Below are positions 18,539 to 25,666 of a stretch of DNA of 25,666 nt, piece by piece. The notes beneath the pieces were generated by a model. That model searched no databases and had not been told where the DNA came from. It saw only the letters and a list, made by a program, of their open reading frames with translations. Position 1 is the first letter of the stretch; every line of letters starts with the position of its first letter. This DNA is from a candidate division WOR-3 bacterium (lineage in GTDB: Bacteria; Hydrothermota; Hydrothermia; LBFQ01; DSFT01): assembly GCA_965649115.1 (NCBI GenBank), contig CBFGJN010000023.1, positions 1 to 25,666 on the forward strand. The letters run 5' to 3'. A program made the translations under genes and the position numbers.

Positions 18539-18744
18539 TGCTGTGTCTAGTAATTCTGGAATTATTGATTTTTCTTATTTTTCCCACCCACCCTAATAAT
18601 AAGCCTTCGGCTTATAAATGCCCATTTTTAGGCTTCGGGGGGCTTCGCCCCCCCCATTAGACCCCCCATTAAATCTATAACTTCTTTAAAATTTTTATAA
18701 ACTATTGATAATCAAGGACTTATCATTATTTATTGGACAAAGCA
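18539..18744 (-). mobile_element. Full-length 206-bp MITE-like element with a perfect 9-bp target-site duplication
   Basis: TGCTGTGTCTAGTAA ... TTATTGGACAAAGCA, flanked by TTTTCTTTG at 18530-18538 and 18745-18753. Confidence 0.92.
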
Positions 18745-18753
18745 TTTTCTTTG

Positions 18754-18809
18754 TGCTGTGTCTAATAATTCTAAATTTCGGCTGTGGGAGCGTAGCTTTT
18801 TCCACCCGT
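18754..18809 (-). repeat. More decayed MITE right-end remnant
   Basis: TGCTGTGTCTAATAATTCT directly after the 9-bp TSD, then scrambled internal pieces. Confidence 0.75.
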
Positions 18810-18844
18810 TCATAAATTATTGACAATCAATTTTTTTCTGTAAT

Positions 18845-19680
18845 TTAAAGAGGTAAAAATGGATAAATTTTTGTTTTCGTTTTCAAAAGATAGTAAATTG
18901 GAGTAATTAAAGCTACAAAATAGTGATACCAAACAATTGGAGAAAAAATCAACATCTTCAGATAATTTAAGAAAAGGCAATAAAATTAAAATAATTAAGA
19001 ATTGAAAAAATTGAATAGTTTTTTTCACCGAAGCCGAAATGATATTTTGGATTAAGTTGAGCATATTTTATAAAATGAAAGAAACTTTCATCTATCCAAA
19101 TATAGAAATTCTTACCAATTAAAATAATAACAAGAGCACAAAAAATTATACAAAAAAACAAATTTTTTAATTTTCTTTTTAAAATCAACCAATACACAAG
19201 GATTATAGGAATTGCCTTTAAAACGATAGCAAGACTTAGAAAAAATCCACTTAGAAGAGAATTTTTTCTAAAATAGTAAGCAAGAACTGGTAGTGAAAAA
19301 AATGGAATGATATTAATTTGACCTACCATAATACTATCCAAAATTGGAGGTAAAAGTAATATAACACTATTTAAAGCTTCCTCAAAATCTTCAAATGTGA
19401 ATAAAGATATTATTAACATTATTGATGAAAATAATAGAACAAAAAAAGCCAATTGCCTGCTTGTCAAGTGATTACAAGCTGGTGATATAATATAAGCAAA
19501 TGTGGGTGGGTATCTATAATATGGAGAGCATTCATTCAATAACTTGTTTTCATTTAAACACTTACAAGCCTTATATATATTATTAAAATCAGAAGTCTTA
19601 CCCTCAACCGCCCTATATGTTCCAATAATAATTGAAAAAATTAGGCAAATTACAATAAAAATAAACTTTACTTTTGACAT
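18845..19680 (-). pseudogene. GT87/DUF2029-family membrane glycosyltransferase with a frameshifted 3' part
   Basis: DF..Y, YRYPPTFA, GQIN, LAIVLK.IP. The conserved SPIVWYHYF segment lies in an unlisted frame (MLIFSPIVWYHYFVAL..PL*, stop 18845-18847). Confidence 0.8.
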
Positions 19681-20594
19681 ACTAAAACTCTAAAATTGTG
19701 AAAGCTCAAAATAAGACTTTTTACCTTATTGAAAATTTTAAATTTTTCAATATCGCTTAAATTCAAGCTTAAAAATTCTGCTATTTCAAGAATTCCATTT
19801 TCCAAAAGAAACTCACCTTGACTTTTATCCAAAATAATTTTTAAACCAAGACCTTTTAAGAATTCTTTTAGAATTGTAAAATCAATAAAATAAGTAATAT
19901 CTTGTTCATAGAGATTTAAAAATGGATTATCACCCACCTGATGTTTATAATATGTTGTTAATGAACCTTTTGGAAACCTAATCAAAATTTCGTTTCTTTC
20001 ATATCCATAATCAATAATAATTAAATAACCCCTTTTCAAAATTTCAACCTGCTTTCTTAAAAAATCAAATGCTTTAATAGAAATATCATATATTAAACCT
20101 TCAAATGGATTATCAGGTAAAAATTTAATAACCTCTTCATCTTCTAATTCAAGAATTATAAACTCTTTAAAATCTTTTACGTACATTTCATTCCACTTAC
20201 CATTCAAAAATATAAATCTTCTAAATTCAATTGCATCCAAAACCTCATTTTCAAAAATTATTCCTTCAAAGTTTTTCAATTCATCCAAACTATTTATAAA
20301 CTTTACATTTTCAATCTCTTTAAATTTTGCTCTTTCAAAAATATAATAATTTATTTCTTTATTTTTCAATTTATAAAATTCAATAACTTCTCTTGCAAAA
20401 TACCCTTCACCTGCACCAATTTCAAGGATATTTTTTTCATTTAATTTCAAAAAATAGTTCGCTATTGTCCAAGAAAATAGTTTTTCAAATGAACTTGAAG
20501 TGTAATAATCTTCACCAATTTTCTTTCTAAAATAATACCCTTTCGTTGGATTATATAAAACCTCACTTAAAAATTCATCAAATTTTAAAATCAT
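19668..20594 (-). CDS. MidA/NDUFAF7 (DUF185) SAM-dependent methyltransferase
   Basis: F..F...LY.P..GYY, DYYTS, LEIGAGEG, NEVLDA, IIIDYG, QDIT..IDF, QGEFL. Confidence 0.88.
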   Translation of the reverse strand: MILKFDEFLSEVLYNPTKGYYFRKKIGEDYYTSSSFEKLFSWTIANYFLKLNEKNILEIGAGEGYFAREVIEFYKLKNKEINYYIFERAKFKEIENVKFINSLDELKNFEGIIFENEVLDAIEFRRFIFLNGKWNEMYVKDFKEFIILELEDEEVIKFLPDNPFEGLIYDISIKAFDFLRKQVEILKRGYLIIIDYGYERNEILIRFPKGSLTTYYKHQVGDNPFLNLYEQDITYFIDFTILKEFLKGLGLKIILDKSQGEFLLENGILEIAEFLSLNLSDIEKFKIFNKVKSLILSFHNFRVLVCQK

Positions 20595-22611
20595 TTGCTA
20601 TTTTAATAGTCATTAAACTTGAATAATAAGCACTTTCAAAACTTATTGGACTTTCCTTACCTTCAATTAAACTTCTTATAAACAATTCAATTAGTTTTTC
20701 TTGACCTTTATCTTGTTTTACCTTTAAAATCGTTCTATTGTTTATAATAATTTCAGAAAAATCTTTTAAAATTAATGTTTCGCTATCTGCATCAATTCTA
20801 ATAATTTCCTTTTCCATTATGTTATTTCCTTGTGAATGATAAATGACATTACATATGGCATTATCGTATCTAAAACTAATTGTGAAGTTTTCATTATTTA
20901 AGATATTTGAAAAATAATAATTTGGCTCTTTAAATAGAAATAAAATGTAATCAATAAAATGACAACCTTCACCAATAAGTCTTCCTCCCCCAATTTGAGG
21001 GTCTAATATCCAATGTTTTCCTAAAACGCCAGCATTTATAAAATAGTTAAAAACAACAAATTTTCTATCTTTAATAAATAATTTTATATTTTCTGTAAGT
21101 CTTGAAAATCTCCTATTAAATCCAATACAAAAATTAACGGGATTTTTTTCATATAGTTCTTTTAATTCTTCAAGCTCATTTAAATTTATAGCAAGTGGTT
21201 TTTCTACATAAACTGCCTTATTATGTAAAATTGAAAGTTTGACAAGTTTAGCATGTAAATTATGAGGTGTAGCTATCACTATTAAATTAACATTTTCATC
21301 CTTAAAAACTTCTTCATAATCACATCCAGCATATTTAAAATTATATCTTTTTGCTAAATTTACAGCGTTTTCGGGTCTTGAAGTAATTAAATATAATGGA
21401 GTAATTTCTTTATATTTTAAAAAATTTGGAATTAAAACATTTTGAGCATAACTTCCTGCACCAATTAAAGCCATATTTATTTTTGAAAGTTTATTATAAT
21501 TTTTAACAACTACGAATTTTCTAATTTCACTTTCATTAGAATATTTAAAAACAACACCAAGATAATTTTTTTCTTTTTTTAAAAATTCATAAGCTTTTAA
21601 CGCATCTTTAAATTCAAATTCATGTGTTATAATCTCACTTAAATTTAGTTTTGGAAGAATTTCTATAAAAGATGACAAATTTCTATTTATTGTCCATTTA
21701 ACATAACTTTCTGGATAGTCAATTCCTTTTATTTCATAATTTGGATCATACCTTCCAGCACCATAAGCTCTACTCATCCTAACTTCAAGTTCTTTATAGT
21801 AAAATTCTTTATAGGGTATTAGAAGCTTGCTTTGACCTACAACAACAATTCTTCCTTTTTCTCTTAAAACTTCACAAGCTAATTTAATAGCATTTCCCGT
21901 CTTATCATTAGCACATATAATAACTCCATCAATAGGATATAATTTTTTAATTAAATGTTTTTCATTGGCGTTATATAGTTTATGCGCATAATTTTTAGCA
22001 AATTTCAATTTGTAATCTGAAATATCAATCCCAATAACTTTTATATTCATTATATTTAAAATTCTTATAACAATTTGACCAATTAATCCAAGTCCTATTA
22101 CTAAAAATGTTTCTCCAATTTCAGGTTTAGCATTTCTAATACTATTTAAGGCAATTGCTCCAATTGTAGAAAAACTTGCCTCTTTTAAATTAATATCTTT
22201 TGGAATTTTTAAAATTAAATTTTTTGGAATAAGATTGAACTCTGAATGTAAAGCAAATTCACCACCTGCTCCAATTACATAATCACCTTGATTTATACCA
22301 TCAATCCTGCTCTCAACAACAACTCCACTTATACTATAACCAAGAGGACCAAGAGTATTTAATTTATTTATAATTCTTCTAAATGTTTCTGAAATTCCAA
22401 GTGTTTTTATTGATTTTATAACTAAATCTATTTGCTCCTTTCTATCAATAATGATATTAAATAAATTTGTTTTTAATCTTGAAAGCTCTGTTCCTATACT
22501 TATTGCAGAATATAATGTCTTTACAATAGCAAAATTCTCCTTAATTTTAGGATATGGAGCATCTATTAAAATTGGCTTAAAATTCTTATAATCTTGAACT
22601 AAAATTTTCAT
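20578..22611 (-). CDS. Bi-domain oxidoreductase (Zn-ADH-like + Gfo/Idh/MocA)
   Basis: SAISIGTE, LGYS, IGLGLIG, YGAGRYDP.YE..G.DYP; IGAGSY, EKPLA, GFNRRF, GEGCHFID. Confidence 0.9.
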   Translation of the reverse strand: MKILVQDYKNFKPILIDAPYPKIKENFAIVKTLYSAISIGTELSRLKTNLFNIIIDRKEQIDLVIKSIKTLGISETFRRIINKLNTLGPLGYSISGVVVESRIDGINQGDYVIGAGGEFALHSEFNLIPKNLILKIPKDINLKEASFSTIGAIALNSIRNAKPEIGETFLVIGLGLIGQIVIRILNIMNIKVIGIDISDYKLKFAKNYAHKLYNANEKHLIKKLYPIDGVIICANDKTGNAIKLACEVLREKGRIVVVGQSKLLIPYKEFYYKELEVRMSRAYGAGRYDPNYEIKGIDYPESYVKWTINRNLSSFIEILPKLNLSEIITHEFEFKDALKAYEFLKKEKNYLGVVFKYSNESEIRKFVVVKNYNKLSKINMALIGAGSYAQNVLIPNFLKYKEITPLYLITSRPENAVNLAKRYNFKYAGCDYEEVFKDENVNLIVIATPHNLHAKLVKLSILHNKAVYVEKPLAINLNELEELKELYEKNPVNFCIGFNRRFSRLTENIKLFIKDRKFVVFNYFINAGVLGKHWILDPQIGGGRLIGEGCHFIDYILFLFKEPNYYFSNILNNENFTISFRYDNAICNVIYHSQGNNIMEKEIIRIDADSETLILKDFSEIIINNRTILKVKQDKGQEKLIELFIRSLIEGKESPISFESAYYSSLMTIKIANDFKI

Positions 22612-23348
22612 TTATGTACCTTAACAATTTCACCCAATTCAACATTTAAAAATTTCCTTGCATTTCCCTCAACAACACTAATTTCTAAAAACTCATAAGA
22701 GCCCTTTAAGAAGACTAATTCATCTTTTTTTGCCTGACTATAAGTTTTAACTTTCTTATAAATTTTTAGATTTTTTATTTCTACAAATTTGAAACTATCA
22801 TCATACTCTATATTTGTTATTAAATTTCCAAAATCATCAATAAATATAACTTCTCCGATTATTGTATTTTGATAGTTTTGAACATTTCTAAAATCAAATT
22901 TTATAATTTCATTTAGGGGTTTCAGAAATTTTTCTAAATTATTATCTTTTGAAATTTTAGCACAAGTTGGAGCAAATACATCTCTTGCATGAAATGTTGG
23001 ACTTGCTGATTTTGGAACTTCAATTTCATAAGCCTTGTATTTTTCTAAAAATCCAAACAAACCATTATCAGGACCAACAAAATAATAATCATCTGTTTGA
23101 ACAACAATAGCTTTTCTTTCAGAACCAACACCCGGATCAACTACTGCTAAAAAAATTGTTCCTTTTGGAAAGAATTTATATGAACTATACAATATAAATT
23201 GTCCAGCTTTTATATTGAACTTTGGAATATCATGCGTTATATCAATAATTTCAACATTAGGATTAATTGATTTAATAACACCTTTTACTTGTCCTACATA
23301 AAAACTATTTCCAAAATCACTTATGAAAGCTATAATTCTTTTTTCCAA
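22608..23348 (-). CDS. SAM hydroxide adenosyltransferase (DUF62, chlorinase/fluorinase family)
   Basis: SDFG, IDITH, VVDPGVGSER, GPDNG, TFHARDVFAP, IDDFGNLITN; TTG start. Confidence 0.92.
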   Translation of the reverse strand: MEKRIIAFISDFGNSFYVGQVKGVIKSINPNVEIIDITHDIPKFNIKAGQFILYSSYKFFPKGTIFLAVVDPGVGSERKAIVVQTDDYYFVGPDNGLFGFLEKYKAYEIEVPKSASPTFHARDVFAPTCAKISKDNNLEKFLKPLNEIIKFDFRNVQNYQNTIIGEVIFIDDFGNLITNIEYDDSFKFVEIKNLKIYKKVKTYSQAKKDELVFLKGSYEFLEISVVEGNARKFLNVELGEIVKVHK

Positions 23349-23369
23349 CTTGGGATAATTTTAAAGGAT

Positions 23370-23386
23370 AGGGGCAAAGAGCCCCT
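23370..23386 (-). terminator. Short GC hairpin immediately after the pstS stop codon
   Basis: AGGGGC-AAAGA-GCCCCT inverted repeat; weak U-tract. Confidence 0.4.
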
Positions 23387-24387
23387 TACTTAATTATTTC
23401 ATTCCAATAATTCATAATTTTTTCTTTGGTTTCTTTTGAAAGCGGAACATAATTTAAACTTATTGCTATACTATCTCCTTTTTCAAAAGCCCATTTGAAA
23501 AATTCAATAATTTGTTTATTTTTTTCTTTCTTTTCTCTTGGGAGAAGAATAAATACTGCTCCTGTTATTGGATAAGTACTATCACCATCTTGATAGGTTA
23601 AAACTTCATAAAAATGATTACTAATATCCCAATTTGCATATTTCGTTGCTTCTTGGAATGTTTTTAAACTAGGTAAAACGAAATTTCCTTTCTTATTATT
23701 TAAATAAGCATAAATAAGATTATTTTCAATAGCATATGCATATTCAACATATCCAATAGTTCCAACATTTTGTTTTACATAATTTGCTACACCTTCATTT
23801 CCCTTTGCTCCTATTCCCTCTGGCCAATTTACACTTGTTCCATAACCTACTTTTTCTTTCCATTCAGGACAAACCTTTGATAAGTAATTTGTAAAAATAA
23901 ATGTTGTTCCAGAGCCATCTGACCTTCTGACAGGAACTATCTTTAAGTCAGGTAAATTTACTTTAGGATTTAATTTTCTTATTCTTTCATCATTCCAATT
24001 CTTAATTTTACCAAGATAAATATCACAAATAACTTCTCCCGTTAAATATAATTTTTCATTCACATTCGGAAGGTTATATATAATACTTACACCTCCTACA
24101 ATAATTGGAAATTGATATAAATTAGCACTATCAAGTTTTTCTTTTTCTAATGGCTTGTCGGATGCTCCAAAATCAACAACCCTTTCACTCACTTGCTTTA
24201 TTCCACCACCTGAACCAATAGATTGATAATTTACTTGATTTTTTGTTTCATTATAAAAACTATAAGACCATTTTGAGATGAGAGGATAGACAAACGTTGA
24301 ACCAGCTCCATTTATTACAAATGGTTTATTTTCTTGAACTTTTTGGCAAGCTATGATAAGCAAACTTATCATCATTAACCTTCTCAT
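23386..24387 (-). CDS. pstS: Phosphate ABC transporter substrate-binding lipoprotein
   Basis: GAGSTF, YQSIGSGGG, DFGASD, RSDGSGTT, GAKGNEGV, YPI; lipobox-like IIAC; SD AAGGAGG. Confidence 0.96.
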   Translation of the reverse strand: MRRLMMISLLIIACQKVQENKPFVINGAGSTFVYPLISKWSYSFYNETKNQVNYQSIGSGGGIKQVSERVVDFGASDKPLEKEKLDSANLYQFPIIVGGVSIIYNLPNVNEKLYLTGEVICDIYLGKIKNWNDERIRKLNPKVNLPDLKIVPVRRSDGSGTTFIFTNYLSKVCPEWKEKVGYGTSVNWPEGIGAKGNEGVANYVKQNVGTIGYVEYAYAIENNLIYAYLNNKKGNFVLPSLKTFQEATKYANWDISNHFYEVLTYQDGDSTYPITGAVFILLPREKKEKNKQIIEFFKWAFEKGDSIAISLNYVPLSKETKEKIMNYWNEIIK

Positions 24388-24401
24388 ATTCTAACCTCCT
24401 T

Positions 24402-25355
24402 TTAAAATTTAATTTCAGTTTGGACATTTACAAACTTATCATCTTTATCTTGCTTGTAATTTACAGAACCTCTTAAATTTTTAGATAAATTCAATACAAA
24501 GCCTCCAATTATGAAATTCCTATCTTCATATCTATCAAATCTGAAAATAATATCAAAAATTTGGTTAGGTTTAACTGAAATAAGGCCAGAAATTAAGTTT
24601 GAACTAATTGTATCTTGACTTGTTAAAGTAGAACCTTTGAAATTACTATATTCAAATGATAAAGTAAAGAATTTTTGAATTATTGCAAGAGCAGAATTAA
24701 GTCTAATTTTTTCATTTTCATTTCTGTATTTACCATAATGTCCATATCCAAAAAGACCAATTTTTAAGTTATCACTAATATATGGATAAGCAGAAATTGT
24801 TAATTCTAAATCCTTGAATTTGTTATCTTCAACTTTATTATATCCTTCTCCATTAAACACACCAAGATTAACATTTACTAACTTTGAGTTATACTCAAAA
24901 GCAATTCCAAAATCAGCTGACGAAAGAATTGAAAAATAATCTGTTGGAGTTTTTTCTATAAATCTATAAACCCAGATATCTTCCATTTGTTTTATCCAAA
25001 AGTTATAGGTTTGTCCAAAATAAATTTTAAAGTTTTTATAATTAGTCTCAAGAAATGCGTACTTGGAATATACAAAATAAGAGCCTACAACAGCAGAATT
25101 TGGAATTTTAATTGTGCTATCTGGGTTTAGTTTATAACTTCCAGACTTTCCAACATCCCTTATCTGGCCCACATCAAGCGTGTATCTAAATTTTAGAGTT
25201 AGATTTTCACTTTTGAGAAGCTCAGAAATGAGGTTAGCATAAGCCCTGTCTATATAGAATCCATTATTGAGTGAACTATCAGCAGTTATAGTGTATCTTA
25301 TGTAAGATACACCACTCACCTTCACATCCGCTAAAATAAGAGTTAATGTTAGCAT
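24402..25355 (-). CDS. Putative outer-membrane beta-barrel/porin, possibly phosphate-related
   Basis: GFYIDRAY, KYAFLE, SADFG, GVFNGEGY, FRFDRY and C-terminal Phe; co-oriented directly upstream of pstS. Confidence 0.7.
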   Translation of the reverse strand: MLTLTLILADVKVSGVSYIRYTITADSSLNNGFYIDRAYANLISELLKSENLTLKFRYTLDVGQIRDVGKSGSYKLNPDSTIKIPNSAVVGSYFVYSKYAFLETNYKNFKIYFGQTYNFWIKQMEDIWVYRFIEKTPTDYFSILSSADFGIAFEYNSKLVNVNLGVFNGEGYNKVEDNKFKDLELTISAYPYISDNLKIGLFGYGHYGKYRNENEKIRLNSALAIIQKFFTLSFEYSNFKGSTLTSQDTISSNLISGLISVKPNQIFDIIFRFDRYEDRNFIIGGFVLNLSKNLRGSVNYKQDKDDKFVNVQTEIKF

Positions 25356-25439
25356 AGTTCAAAATTTTAAAGTATAAAAATTTATTTTTTGTATAACCTA
25401 AATTTTTTTTTATTACAATACGAAAAATTTATTTAAAAA

Positions 25440-25666
25440 GCCCCAAAAGCAGAAGATAGGGCTTTTATAAGACGAAAGGCCTAATTATAGGGTGGGAGAA
25501 AGATAATAAAATAAATGGTTTTAGAATTACTAGACACAGCACACGGAAATTGCTTTGTCCAATAATTATTGCTAACTTATTGATTGTCAATAACTTATAA
25601 AAATTTTAAGAAAATTATAGTTTTTATGGGGGGTTTTTAATGGGGGCTTCGCCCCCATAGCCGAAA
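25440..25666 (+). mobile_element. Tandem MITE copies with a right end-9 bp-left end junction (second copy cut by window edge)
   Basis: TAGACACAGCA (ends 25541), CACGGAAAT, then TGCTTTGTCC (25551); IHF-type site 25573-25585; ATGGGGGCTTCGCCCCCAT. Confidence 0.85.

Noticed and set aside
18511..18549. MITE-terminal TAGACA acting as an outward -35 for the TAAAAT box
   Set aside because: The spacing is 27 nt at all four loci, too long for a sigma70 -35/-10 pair
18502..18810. oriC beside dnaN
   Set aside because: No TTATCCACA-type DnaA boxes seen; the region is accounted for by MITEs
18810..19064. 84-aa ORF as an independent gene
   Set aside because: Better explained as one shifted frame of the GT87 pseudogene
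25370..25430. Pho box upstream of porin-pstS
   Set aside because: Only weak AT-rich partial repeats, not distinguishable from background

Overview
Very AT-rich bacterial DNA. The gene content (T9SS-type C-terminal domain, DUF2723 protein, PGI/PMI, TaqI-like R-M, very short signal peptides) suggests a diderm thermophile, possibly WOR-3-like; this is inference. Housekeeping and envelope genes: pgi/pmi, dnaN-clpP-DUF2723, putative porin-pstS, and SAM hydrolase-oxidoreductase-MidA-GT87. A defence island carries a type I-B Cascade+Cas3 module (cas8b frameshifted, with an embedded cas11b start; cas7, cas5, cas3; no cas6/1/2/4 and no array) and a TaqI-like R-M pair inside a 25-bp direct repeat. Two further genes are pseudogenes with hidden out-of-frame 3' parts. 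The most striking element is a non-coding ~206-bp MITE-like repeat present in most large intergenic gaps. It has imperfect TIRs (TGCTTTGTCCAATAA ... TTACTAGACACAGCA), a 9-bp TSD, IHF-type sites, two hairpins and four G-tracts. In four cases its right end lies exactly 22 bp upstream of a TAAAAT -10 box. It also forms head-to-tail arrays with exactly 9-bp spacers. Together this suggests a promoter-anchored, oriented, array-building element.
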